Source: Tubulanus polymorphus (Eukaryota > Animalia > Nemertea). From it: a stretch of 64,000 nt of DNA. Below, in pieces: positions 24,473 to 35,256 of the stretch; position 1 is the stretch's first letter; every line of letters begins with the position of its first letter. Where the stretch lies: the NCBI RefSeq assembly GCF_964204645.1, contig NC_134036.1, positions 11,201,859-11,265,858 of the forward strand, read 5' to 3'. The position numbers and the translations under genes are program-made. The notes under the pieces are model-generated. The model ran no database searches. It was not told the DNA's origin and worked only from the letters and a program-made list of their open reading frames with translations.

Positions 24473-25720
24473 CTAATACATAACACTATCTAATTGTGAA
24501 TTTACAATATTTAATTGCGCGTCAGATATAATATAAATGTGCATTTTAAAATTTTTGATTCCTTTTTTCTTTGTCATGAATAATTGTATTCCATCTTTTG
24601 TATTTTGTAGTTTTTTTCCAGAACCATGTAATAAGTTATCTTCAGTTGTTCTAAAATCTACCCATAATGCAAATTTATTACCGGTATAATAGTCAATTTG
24701 ATTTATGTTACAATTTTCAAATGATTTTACTTTTTCATTCATAAAATGTTTTTTAATTTCTGGCCATTGATCAATCATTCTCATTCCTTGACAAAATATT
24801 TTATTTGCTATTCCTTCGATAGTTATTTCTACTTTTGTTATTTCAGGATTATAATAATTATCAACATTTATTGCGCCATTAGTATACGTTCCAATAGTAA
24901 AAAATATTAATATACCTTTAATAGATCTTCTAGGGAAGTTAATATTCTCATTTATTATTTCATCATTTGCATTAATAGTTACAGTTTTAAATTTATCAAT
25001 ATAATCATATAATAATGAAAATCCTTGATTGTATTGAGTTTGAATTATACTTGAAATATTTTCATCAGTTACTGTATCATATTCTAAACATATATTTGAT
25101 AATTTATAACTCATATCTTTATTAACGCTAGATATTACAATTTCATTAACAGGAGCAAATGTTATCTCAAATATAATATCTTCTTGAATTGCGTATTTAT
25201 ATAAAGGTGCATTATTATTTATCAATTCAAAGTCTAATGGAATTTTATATTTGCTTCCATATATACTTTTTATCAATTTATCTACATCATTTGTTAATAT
25301 TGCGCTATTAGCTTCTGATCTTAATTTATTTTGGTTTTCTGATTGGATTCCTTGAAATATCATATTATTTCTATTTTCTTTAGTTAACCATAAATCTTTA
25401 TAATGCATAAATAAATTATAATCATCTAATGAGAAAACTGTTTCTGGACCAATCTTTATTGTTAATTTTTTAATCAAATATCTTCCAACATTATCAACAA
25501 CATAATTATTATTATTACCGATTACTTTTATATCAGCTGATAAATAAATACTGTTTGGAACATAAAAAGTATTTTGTGTTAATCTCGGAATTCTAACGTA
25601 TAAAGTTTCATCGGGATTAATATTTGAAGGGTTATGAGTAATTATATGATGTGATCTTTCTGCTTTAATAGCATTAGATATTCTATGATTCTTAGAAGGA
25701 TTGATATAACTCCCACTCAT
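24473..25720 (-). CDS. Major capsid protein (predicted double jelly-roll), 415 aa
   Basis: Size, beta-rich pattern (LYVRIPRL, LTIKIG, YKLSNICLEYD, FALWVDFR, MHIYIISDA) and Polinton context. Confidence 0.8.
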   Translation of the reverse strand: MSGSYINPSKNHRISNAIKAERSHHIITHNPSNINPDETLYVRIPRLTQNTFYVPNSIYLSADIKVIGNNNNYVVDNVGRYLIKKLTIKIGPETVFSLDDYNLFMHYKDLWLTKENRNNMIFQGIQSENQNKLRSEANSAILTNDVDKLIKSIYGSKYKIPLDFELINNNAPLYKYAIQEDIIFEITFAPVNEIVISSVNKDMSYKLSNICLEYDTVTDENISSIIQTQYNQGFSLLYDYIDKFKTVTINANDEIINENINFPRRSIKGILIFFTIGTYTNGAINVDNYYNPEITKVEITIEGIANKIFCQGMRMIDQWPEIKKHFMNEKVKSFENCNINQIDYYTGNKFALWVDFRTTEDNLLHGSGKKLQNTKDGIQLFMTKKKGIKNFKMHIYIISDAQLNIVNSQLDSVMY

Positions 25721-25761
25721 TTATTTAACAAAAAAATTAATTATTTATTTTTGATCATGGT

Positions 25762-27336
25762 TTACTTGATATTTTTTGATATCATATTTACTAAACCAAA
25801 AATAATAGCACTTACAACTGTAATTAAAAATAAAATAATATGTTCAGCAGCAAAGTTAATAATGTTTCCTGCAGATTTCAATATAAAACCAACAATTGAT
25901 GCAATAACTCCTGGCAATGCTGCAGCAGATTTCTTTGATAGTTCCCATAAATATTTTGCTAATTTCTTTAAACCATCTTTAACTTTATCTTGTATAGAAT
26001 TATTACCTGGGGGTTTATCTGGTTTATTAGGAGTGGGAGTAGGAGTAGATTTTAAAGCATTTGATATTGATAAACCAATTGTTGTAAATACCATAGTTAC
26101 AGATGTTAGAATTGAAAGAATTGTTATTCCTTCTAATTTAAATAATAATCTTATTCTGTCTTTTAATGATATTTCAGAATTTGGTTTTATTAGATATCTT
26201 TTAAAAACATCTTTTAATCTTTTAAAATTATTACCAAATTCTTTTAATAATATATCTCTTTCACCTTTTTGTACTTCTAAATTATCTTTTAAATTATCAA
26301 TTTCTTTTTCTAAACCTAATTCTTTTTGCCTATATTCTATTTCATCAATTACTTGATGGTCTAAATCAGACTTTAATTATTCTATTTCTTTATTTTTATC
26401 AGTTAATTCTTTTTCTAAAATGTTAATTTTAATATCTCTTTTACTTTTTTCATGCGCAATTTTATCAGCTGATTCTTGCATACCTTTAATTTCTCTACGT
26501 GTTTGTTCAGGAAATGCTTCTAATTCATCATCAGTTAAATCAAGTAATCCTTTTTCTAGTAAAGATTGTATTCGATTTATTCCAATACTATTCATCTCTT
26601 CGTCAAATGAATCTCTTAATCTATCAATTTGTTTTTCTAATACTAATTGTAATTGACTTGAATCATTATCAATTTGTTGAGTGTCTCTTCTCGATGTTTC
26701 AGGTGTTGAAGATCTTATTCGATCTCTATGATCTTCCATTTCTGTTTCTAAATTATTATCGATTATTTTAAATAAGTTATCAATTCTTTCACTAAATACT
26801 CTTATATTATTATTTCTTTCTTCTTGTGTAACATCAGTTATTTCATTACTATTACTTATTCTCTTAATTCTATCTGGTTCTAACTTAAGCAAAGTTGATT
26901 CTGCTAATATTTTACTTAGTTTTGTACTTTGATTAGTGATATTAATATAATAATCATCTTTCAAATGATAATAATATTCACCATCTAAAAACTTTAAATC
27001 TTGTACTAAAAGTCTGGCGCCTCTGTAATTTATATTATATCCAGATCTTTCAAATACATCTTGAAACTTATATATAAATCCAATATTTTCTAAATCTTCC
27101 TTTTTTAAACCTTGATTTTCATTTTCAGTATTTATTCTCGATCTAGTTCTTCTATCAAATTCATCTGTTGATGGGGCTTTAGAACCACTATCTGCTAAAT
27201 TAGTATTATATCCTGATTCATCATCATTATCAATATTAGTTTCATTAAAATCGGGTTGTGGTTCATCATCAATATATCCTTCATTATTATTTCCCATTTC
27301 TCCCATTTCATAATCTTTTCCACCTTCTACATCCAT
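25762..27336 (-). pseudogene. ~524-aa acidic/coiled-coil protein with C-terminal membrane segments, one in-frame TAA (26377-26379)
   Basis: ORFs 26377-27336 and 25762-26094 are in the same frame and the 94 intervening codons are open (LKDRIRLLFKLEGITILSILTSV). Confidence 0.85.
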
Positions 27337-27352
27337 TTACATAATAAAAAAA

Positions 27353-28657
27353 TTAAAATTTAAAATATAATATTCCTCCGATTACAATTCCTATACAAGT
27401 TATAGCTAATTTAGTATTTTCATGGGATTTATTATCATCATTTAGTTTAATTATATCATGTTGAATATTATCAGTTTTTATATCTTCTGATGTATTGTAA
27501 TCTTTTATTTTAGAATCATTATTTAATTTAATATTATTAGTTTTAGTTTCAGTTGATTGAATATGTTTTTTATTTTTTTCACCTTCCATTAATTTTGGAG
27601 CAGTAATAATCTTTTTATTTATATCATTTAACCCAAATGAATTATTTATTGTTGCAGTTTTAATTAAATTATTATAACCAATTATATTTCCCATCTTTAA
27701 TACTAAATCATTAGAAATAATTAATAGATTAGGGCCTATACAATAATTTAGTCTTACATGAGATTTATCTAAATAATTTTGATATCTTATAATGTTTTCT
27801 GGAATCGATCTATTTTTATCATTATGAATTGAATCTTCAAATAAAACTTTAAACTGTTTCTGCGCATCGAATGAAGTGTTATCATTTCCAATTATTGGGG
27901 ATCTTGTTTCAACTTGAGCGCCTAAAATACATATCAAATAAATTCTAATAGATTGATTTATTCTTTGTATACCTGATTTTGTAAAACCTTCACCATTTTC
28001 TAAAATGAAATTAACCCAACCATTATTATTATCAATTTTATAATTATGATAAGCTGAAATTCTATGCATATAATCAATTCTTTTTATTTCATACTCTTCA
28101 ACACCTTGCAATTTACCATGCGCTCTAAAATCGGAATTAATATTTATATTAAATTCATTACATATTTTATAAAACTTGGATATATTAATATTATTATCCA
28201 ATTCTTTAAAATATTTAGACCCGGGTAAAGGACATTCTAATTCATTTAATATTATTCTGATTTGAAAATATGTGTGAAATCTAAATATTGTGTGAATTAA
28301 TTTTAAATCAGAATACTTCAAATTTTTATCTAAGTTATTTAAATGATCATTCCAACTAATTCCACATCCTGTTGTTGCACAATAAACAGCAAAATTTAAT
28401 TGATTCTGCCAATATTTCATATTAGATTTTACTTTATATATATGATATTCATCTCGAGTAAAAGTAACTTCATATGTATTAGATATATTTTCCATTTTAG
28501 AAATAAAAAACTGTGATTCATTAACATAAATTTCTAAATTAGTTAATGAATTTAAAACTATATTTTTTTATGTAATATTTTTCTTAAAATCTATTGCTGG
28601 AATATTATATTTAATTGATTTATTATATCGGAAAGCTTTTGGAAAACTATCTACCAT
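27353..28657 (-). pseudogene. ~434-aa probable virion protein with C-terminal TM anchor, one in-frame TAA (28568-28570)
   Basis: TAAATG start at 28657 (MVDSFPKAFRYN) is in frame with ORF 27353-28495; WQNQLNFAVYCATTGCGIS motif; C-terminal TM. Confidence 0.8.
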
Positions 28658-28673
28658 TTATATAATTAAAAAA

Positions 28674-29017
28674 TTAATAATTTATTAATTCTTTTAATAA
28701 TTTATCTTGTTCTTCAACTGTTATATGACCATTTAAACTTATTATATAATCTAAACACTTGAACTTAATCCTAATACGCCAATTGATATAGCTAAAGGTG
28801 TTAATGGACTGAATATTGCTAGAAATGTTATTACAGAACTAATTGTAACCGAACCACTTATAATCAAATAATATATAATTTTACTTTTTAAATATTTTTT
28901 CTTTTTTATCTTTAAGTCACTTTCAAATTCTAATATTTGTTTTTCTAAATATGTTTTTAATTTAGTTTTATTTATATCATGAGGAATAATATCAATACTA
29001 TCAACTTTATCTTCCAT
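28674..29017 (-). pseudogene. Small membrane protein, frameshifted near 28755
   Basis: Coiled coil plus two hydrophobic helices; a plausible C-terminus (LDYIISLNGHITVEEQDKLLKELINY*) continues in another frame. Confidence 0.65.
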
Positions 29018-29036
29018 TTATTTAGAATAAAAATTA

Positions 29037-29459
29037 CTAATTAGTAAATTTATAAGCAACAAATATAACAATAACTGTTCCACCTAAAATCCATTATATT
29101 TCATATTTCTGTTGTTCTTTACTTGGGGTATAATAATCTGATAATTTAGGTTTGTATAGATGTAATTTTTCTTTATTGGTTACTGTGTTATATAAACTCA
29201 TTGCATCATCAACTGATTGAAAATCTCTATGTGAAATCTTCTGATCATATAATTCTTTATTGATGTAATCCATATAGTTTTGTCTCTTTTCTCTATATTC
29301 TTCTGCAGCTTTATTGTATTTCTCTAACGCTAAATTATGTCTTCTTTGTTCTCCTAATGAACTATTTTTATCAATATGTTTAAATAAATAACCACCACCA
29401 GTAAATGCTAAAGCGTTAACAATTGCCGATCCTATAATAGTTATAATTGCAGAAGCCAT
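29037..29459 (-). pseudogene. ~140-aa membrane protein with one in-frame TAA (29094-29096) before its C-terminal TM helix
   Basis: N-terminal hydrophobic helix, EQRRHNLALE; the frame continues past the stop as WILGGTVIVIFVAYKFTN*. Confidence 0.8.
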
Positions 29460-29486
29460 TTATTTAGCAAAAAAATTACACACTTC

Positions 29487-29708
29487 TTATATGGGAGGAA
29501 TATATTTTTGTTTTTCCAAGTAATCAATAGTTAAATTAGATAAAGTAACTGCTAATGTTAACTTTAAAATATCATTTATATCAAATCTATCAACATTAAC
29601 ACTTCCCATTTTGAATACTTTTTTTAATACCATTGAATAACCAACAGTTCCAACTGATAGTAATGCGCCATTATATAATCCAGTTATTATCCACTTATTA
29701 TCACTCAT
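29487..29708 (-). CDS. 73-aa small hydrophobic protein
   Basis: Two hydrophobic/amphipathic helices; TAAATG start. Confidence 0.75.
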   Translation of the reverse strand: MSDNKWIITGLYNGALLSVGTVGYSMVLKKVFKMGSVNVDRFDINDILKLTLAVTLSNLTIDYLEKQKYIPPI

Positions 29709-30065
29709 TTATTTATCAAAAAAATTACTATCATCAAAATATTTAGTTAACTTAGTGATTATTAATTCAACATTTATTTTATTACTAGTTTCATTTGTAT
29801 ATATTTCAATTAGTATTTTTTTAATATCATCGATGATAAAATCTTCATCTAATTCATAAAATCTTAAAGATTCTCTAATTAAATTAGTAATCTTTTCTAC
29901 ATTTAAAGTTTCTTTATCTATTGTTGTTTCATACTCAAATGTTGTTTCATTAGAAAATGTGATATTTTTAATATGTGTTATTACATCATTCATGTTAAAT
30001 TTCATTTCTTTCTCACGTTTAAAATCAAATCCAAAACATATACTCGGTCCAACAGTTATATTCAT
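29709..30065 (-). CDS. Polinton hypothetical protein, 118 aa
   Basis: TAAATG start; its stop abuts the next ATG. Confidence 0.7.
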   Translation of the reverse strand: MNITVGPSICFGFDFKREKEMKFNMNDVITHIKNITFSNETTFEYETTIDKETLNVEKITNLIRESLRFYELDEDFIIDDIKKILIEIYTNETSNKINVELIITKLTKYFDDSNFFDK

Positions 30066-30081
30066 TTATATAGGTGAAAAA

Positions 30082-30837
30082 TTACTCTTTACATCTTATA
30101 ACTAATTCATAAATTACAGGAAAGTTATTCAAATCAATTAAATATCCATTGTGATTTCTTATTTCTAACTTAAAATTATTAAATTTTGGAATACAAGGTT
30201 TGAAATCACATTCTGTTAAATTATAATTTATTTGAGTTCCAAATTGTTTAACATTTTTTAGCGGTAAAATATTTAGTATACTAGAACTACAAATTGTTTC
30301 TTTAGTTGCTTCGAAAGTTTTTGTAGGCTCGATTAAATTGCAATAAATATAAATGTGTGTAAAAGGTATTATATTTGAGCTGCCTTCTGCGTTTCCAGTA
30401 ACTGTAAGAGGTTTAATTTCTAACATTTTAGCCAGTGGTTTGTTTACCATAAATTTATGTTGTTCATTAGAAATCTTTATTCTTATTTTATTAGTACTAT
30501 CAATTTTATTAAATTTAATTTCAAATACAGAAGTACCCCCGATTTTCAACCGAGCTCTTCTATTAATTTCCTGCGCTAATGATTCTAAATTATATAATCC
30601 TGGTTTTAAAAATATATGAAACCATTTATCTTTATTTCTCATATAAATCATAAACCCTCTATGTTCAAAAGTTTTATCCGATATATTATAAAAAGAATTA
30701 CATAAACTTATATTTACTAATTTTAAATCTACACAATTCTTAAATTCTCTATCTAATTGTACTAATAAATTATGAGATTTATAATTTGTAAGTTTTCTAG
30801 AATCTACAAATATTCTGTATTCTTTTAATTCTACCAT
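30082..30837 (-). CDS. Minor capsid (penton-like, single jelly-roll) protein
   Basis: IFVDSR, SFYNIS, LKPGLYN, IYIYCNLI, ILNILPL, FKLEIRN..GYLIDLN..VIYEL pattern typical of Polinton minor capsids. Confidence 0.8.
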   Translation of the reverse strand: MVELKEYRIFVDSRKLTNYKSHNLLVQLDREFKNCVDLKLVNISLCNSFYNISDKTFEHRGFMIYMRNKDKWFHIFLKPGLYNLESLAQEINRRARLKIGGTSVFEIKFNKIDSTNKIRIKISNEQHKFMVNKPLAKMLEIKPLTVTGNAEGSSNIIPFTHIYIYCNLIEPTKTFEATKETICSSSILNILPLKNVKQFGTQINYNLTECDFKPCIPKFNNFKLEIRNHNGYLIDLNNFPVIYELVIRCKE

Positions 30838-30854
30838 TTATTTTACATATTTTC

Positions 30855-31196
30855 TTATTCGAAATCTATTTCATGGTGCCCTTTTTCATTCTTACCTTTG
30901 TATACAAAATAGAAATCTCCAGAACATAATTCTTCTAGATCTTCACTTGATAATCTATGAAATCTATCTGGTAAATAAGTTCTGAATTTATATTTATTTC
31001 CTTTTAATCCTTCATATTCTAAATGAATTACTAATTTATCTCCATATTTATTAGTAATTGTTTCAATGTTATTAATTAAATATTTCTTGTGAATTGTTAA
31101 CTCAGTTAGTTTTTTAAATTTATAATCTACAGATTTGACGCTTGAAGTATCTTTAATTCTATCTAAGAATTCACTGTGTACTTGTTTACTCTCCAT
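30855..31196 (-). CDS. 113-aa protein downstream of polB, possibly ssDNA-binding/OB-fold
   Basis: KKLTEL..KKY.I..TNKYG..V..TYLPDRF..FVYKG beta pattern and acidic tail; function is inference. Confidence 0.55.
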   Translation of the reverse strand: MESKQVHSEFLDRIKDTSSVKSVDYKFKKLTELTIHKKYLINNIETITNKYGDKLVIHLEYEGLKGNKYKFRTYLPDRFHRLSSEDLEELCSGDFYFVYKGKNEKGHHEIDFE

Positions 31197-31224
31197 TTAT
31201 TATACAAATTTTTATTGAAATTGA

Positions 31225-34200
31225 TTAACACGCTAGAATCCTTTTCATAATCTCATTTTCTTTTGTTTCTTCTCTTTTGAATTTTATATATTCATCTAAA
31301 TTGCAACCATAGGCGACTGTGTGGATTCCATCACCTAAAATATATCTTTTATCATCAAATGGGTTTAGACTTATCTTCTCTATCTCTTCAATATACATTT
31401 CATGATCTTCAGATCTTAAACATTTCATGTTATGTTTTCTAACTTCTTCATTAAATATACAATTGATGTAATCTTTGAAATGAATATTCTTTTCAACAAC
31501 GCTTTTGGTTATTCCTTTTAACTTTTTAGCTTCATGTTCTTTAGTTTTATATGAATACATTTTAGATCTAATACCTATGAACTCTATCATTTCTTCACCA
31601 CCTAATTCATCCTTAAACTTCCCAGGAACTTTTTTATTATCATTGGTAAACAATTCATGATTTTTTGGATAATTACTGAAATCAAAATGATGTTTTAATG
31701 TTTTTAAATCATCAGTTATGTTATCAGTTTTTATCTTTAATATGTAACTGTCAGTATCAAAATATAATATTTCTATGTGTTTTTCTCCAAAATGGGGTTG
31801 TAATATGTTATAGTAAAATTTATACATTAATAACTTTGATAATTCTAAAACTGATGCACCAACATAGATTGGTTTATTGAATTTCATACTTGTTCTTCTC
31901 ATTTTAACTGCTGCTAAATTTTCATCAAATATTCTGTTACCTATGAATTTCGGATACGATTGTAAATGTCTAATTCTTTTACCATTACTGACTAACTCAA
32001 TATCACTTCTATTTCTTATGTTTTCACATGTTTTTCCATAAAACGCATTATTCATTAACTTGAAGAAATCTTTTTCGAAATCGGTTTTAGCTTCAGTTCT
32101 CTGTGTAGTATTAAAATCTATATATTTTTCTAACCACTTAGATTGATTAAATGAAATATATCTATGTACTTTTTTTAGAATCATTCCTTGATTCAAATAA
32201 AACTTCAACATTCTATAATGCACAACGTAATTATATTTATCTTCTTGAGTTACCATTAACTTTTCAGTATGAATATGATTATCAGGTTTAATTCTTTTTT
32301 GATAATTTGATAATTCTTCATGTTTAACAGTTTTATGTTCGGGACAATATGCTAGATTTCTAGATTTGAATTTAATATTTTCAGGGTATTCTAAATCTAC
32401 AACAAAGAAGTAACCAGTATCTGAATCATCTGCAATATCTAGAATTCTTTTCTTCCAATCAAATTTATCAATTTGTAAAACTTCAGTTATTTCAAACATC
32501 CCATAAGGTTGTGGTTCCATCATTACCCAACCATAAAGATTATTTGCATCTATGTATAATGATTTATATCCAGGATTATCATTTACATTGAAATATCTAT
32601 CACCCAATACACCTGAAACACCTCCTCTTATAGATTTTTCAAATAATAGTAATTGATCTATATTTGTTAACAAATCCATTTTTATATCTGTAAATTTTAA
32701 TCCACAATCCCATGTTAATCCTGGTGATGAATAACAATGACAAGGATCAATATTGAAATATTTTAGGTTTACATCTCTAAACCTTTCGAATATATCGGTT
32801 AATAATAATACATCTGATTTTAAATATAAATCTACTAATTGCCCGTGATTTTCTATTTTGAAATGATTCCAAATATTCAATGTTCTATTATAGACTTCAT
32901 CTTTAACATATTCATTTTTTAATTCATCATAGAATTGTTCTTTCAATAATTCAGTTATTTTAAAATCATTATGATTTTTATAGAAAGAATATGGAATCGC
33001 TCCTTTAAATCTCATTAATTGAAAATCATCATTATTTGGGTAGTGTTGTTTTAATATCTTTAATTCATCATCAACTAATGATTTTGATAAGTTATCTAAT
33101 GAACTATTTAAAAATCTATATGAATCTATAAATCTTAGACACCCAAATTGGAATGATATATAATTCTCAGATGTTTTAGCTAACATTCTAAATTTATAAG
33201 TTGGTATTTTATCTTTTGATCTATTTGAATTTAATATTTCTATTTCATTATTGATTTCTTCTATTTTATAACATAGCTGTTTGATAAATAAATGTGCATC
33301 ATATCCTGATAGATTATGAAATATAACTGGTACAAAGTTAATTTTCTTAGCTTGTAAGTTACAATTCTCATGTGCAGCGCCTCTAAACTTTCTATTCAAA
33401 TGATCATGGTCTCTTACCTTTTTATCAGATGAATAGAATACTTGATTACAATAATAACATTTATCTGCAAACTCAAATTCTTCTTTATCTTCTTCTGTCA
33501 TAATTATTTCTTTATTTTCATTTAACTTTTCATTAAATTTTATTTCATATTCAATTAATAAGTCACAAAAATGATTAATAACATTTTCATTTCTATAATT
33601 ATAATATTCACTTTCAATTAGTTCTGGATAATCAGATTTAATATATAACCCGAAAGCTGCAGCTGATTGATGAATCTTTTTAATAGTATTTGTTTTTGGT
33701 GGTTCATCTGAATAATCACTTTCATTAGAATTTAATTTCTTTCTTTTATAATATATATCTTTTCTATCTTTATCTGTTAATTCTTTATTTAATGATTCAA
33801 AATCTCCATATATTACAAATGGTACTTTATTTTTGTAATGATATTTTTTGAATTCTAATATTTTATCTTTTTCATTTGGTAAAACTAATTTACAATAATC
33901 ATGATTATCACATAGTTGTTTATGATTTAATAATGTACTTTCATTACTGAATCTATGTAAACATTTTCTACATAGATATATTTTATGGTGATCATTTTCT
34001 GATTTGAAAAATAAATCGATTTGTTTAATCCACATGTAATGATTTTCATAATATAGTATATCTATAACATTATTTGAATCATAATCTTTTGATAGGTATA
34101 AAGGTTCTAATGTATAATGTTTTATGTTGTTACCTTTTGTATTTGGTAATTTGATTAAATCAAATACATTTATCTTTAAATTATTATCTCTTTCTATTTT

Positions 34201-35256
34201 TGGAATATTTTTAATTCTAACAGGATACTTATCTATCTTATAATTATTTTCAAAGTGTTTATAATGAGTTAATCTAAAACTATGTTGTTTATAATCTTCA
34301 ACTGGGTGTAAACAACTTATTATAGCCCATATAAAACATTTTTTATCAAAATTTTGTATATTTATTACTGCTTTTGTTGTAAATGGTAATTTAATATAAC
34401 TTGTTCCATTTATACTATCATCTTTATAATATGATAAATTATTTTCATCAATTGGTTTTGATTTAGTTAACTTATTATATTTTGTGTTATAAACATGTAA
34501 AGTTATAAATATTATCTCATCAAATATTAAACCAGATCCTTCAAAATATTTCTCTTCTATTTTAGTTTTTACTTCATTATAACATTTATTTAATTTATCA
34601 TCTATATGTTGTTTAGATATAATATGTTGTGAATGAGAATTTATATTATATATTGGTTTATCTTCAGATTTTATAAACTTTACTTTAACTGATATACTAA
34701 TTTTAGGATATTCAACATCTGTAATTATTTTTATTATTTCTTTCATATTTTCTAAATGTTTTTTATTTTCTTCTAATGTTTTTCCTTTATGAAATTTAAA
34801 CTCGATAGCTGCTGGACCAATATCACTTTTAAATGCTTCGGTTATTTCTATATCTTTTTTATTATCTAATGAATTAATATAATTTCTTACATCTTCCATG
34901 TATGGTCTTTTATTGTTTAATTTATTTTTTATTCTTTTAATTGTCTTCTGTTTCTTATCGTTATCATTATCAAAATAATCTTCACCTAAAATATCATTAT
35001 TCTTATTTCTAATATGACTTATAGATTTTAAATGTTCTTTATAATATCTTTTATCACTGAATGATTGATTACATGTATCACATTTGTATGTTTCTTTTTC
35101 ATTCTTTAATTCTTCTAATTTAGTTTCTAATATATTATCTTTATATTCTAGTTTCAATTTATTCTCTAAATGTGTTATAGTTTTATTGTGTCTTGCTTTT
35201 TGGGATTTATCTATATTGATATTACATGTTGGGCAGTAGTACTTATTTGCTTCCAT
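31225..35256 (-). CDS. polB: Protein-primed family B DNA polymerase, 1343 aa, intact
   Basis: Exo I YGDFES, Exo II FHNLSGYD, Exo III YLKSDV, motif A DANNLYG, motif B KLMNNAFYGK, motif C YFDTDS; N-terminal C2H2 fingers; EndoVII-like insert CYYC..VRDHDH..GAAHENCN. Confidence 0.97.
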   Translation of the reverse strand: MEANKYYCPTCNINIDKSQKARHNKTITHLENKLKLEYKDNILETKLEELKNEKETYKCDTCNQSFSDKRYYKEHLKSISHIRNKNNDILGEDYFDNDNDKKQKTIKRIKNKLNNKRPYMEDVRNYINSLDNKKDIEITEAFKSDIGPAAIEFKFHKGKTLEENKKHLENMKEIIKIITDVEYPKISISVKVKFIKSEDKPIYNINSHSQHIISKQHIDDKLNKCYNEVKTKIEEKYFEGSGLIFDEIIFITLHVYNTKYNKLTKSKPIDENNLSYYKDDSINGTSYIKLPFTTKAVINIQNFDKKCFIWAIISCLHPVEDYKQHSFRLTHYKHFENNYKIDKYPVRIKNIPKIERDNNLKINVFDLIKLPNTKGNNIKHYTLEPLYLSKDYDSNNVIDILYYENHYMWIKQIDLFFKSENDHHKIYLCRKCLHRFSNESTLLNHKQLCDNHDYCKLVLPNEKDKILEFKKYHYKNKVPFVIYGDFESLNKELTDKDRKDIYYKRKKLNSNESDYSDEPPKTNTIKKIHQSAAAFGLYIKSDYPELIESEYYNYRNENVINHFCDLLIEYEIKFNEKLNENKEIIMTEEDKEEFEFADKCYYCNQVFYSSDKKVRDHDHLNRKFRGAAHENCNLQAKKINFVPVIFHNLSGYDAHLFIKQLCYKIEEINNEIEILNSNRSKDKIPTYKFRMLAKTSENYISFQFGCLRFIDSYRFLNSSLDNLSKSLVDDELKILKQHYPNNDDFQLMRFKGAIPYSFYKNHNDFKITELLKEQFYDELKNEYVKDEVYNRTLNIWNHFKIENHGQLVDLYLKSDVLLLTDIFERFRDVNLKYFNIDPCHCYSSPGLTWDCGLKFTDIKMDLLTNIDQLLLFEKSIRGGVSGVLGDRYFNVNDNPGYKSLYIDANNLYGWVMMEPQPYGMFEITEVLQIDKFDWKKRILDIADDSDTGYFFVVDLEYPENIKFKSRNLAYCPEHKTVKHEELSNYQKRIKPDNHIHTEKLMVTQEDKYNYVVHYRMLKFYLNQGMILKKVHRYISFNQSKWLEKYIDFNTTQRTEAKTDFEKDFFKLMNNAFYGKTCENIRNRSDIELVSNGKRIRHLQSYPKFIGNRIFDENLAAVKMRRTSMKFNKPIYVGASVLELSKLLMYKFYYNILQPHFGEKHIEILYFDTDSYILKIKTDNITDDLKTLKHHFDFSNYPKNHELFTNDNKKVPGKFKDELGGEEMIEFIGIRSKMYSYKTKEHEAKKLKGITKSVVEKNIHFKDYINCIFNEEVRKHNMKCLRSEDHEMYIEEIEKISLNPFDDKRYILGDGIHTVAYGCNLDEYIKFKREETKENEIMKRILAC

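Larger units (their letters stand above)
18389..31199. promoter_or_regulatory. Dispersed TAAATG initiator motifs at 14 Polinton gene starts
   Basis: TAAATG at ATGs 18392, 20714, 21309, 22789 (+) and 24440, 25720, 27336, 28657, 29017, 29459, 29708, 30065, 30837, 31196 (-). Confidence 0.8.

Noticed and set aside
25685-26771. Plus-strand ORFs opposite viral genes (also minus-strand 18078-18450 and 19399-19837, and plus-strand 30353-30619)
   Set aside because: Antisense shadows of real AT-rich genes; no motifs.
23535-29459. Genome-wide TAA reassignment in the virus
   Set aside because: TAA is the normal terminator of most of its genes, and the long polB and MCP genes contain no internal TAA.
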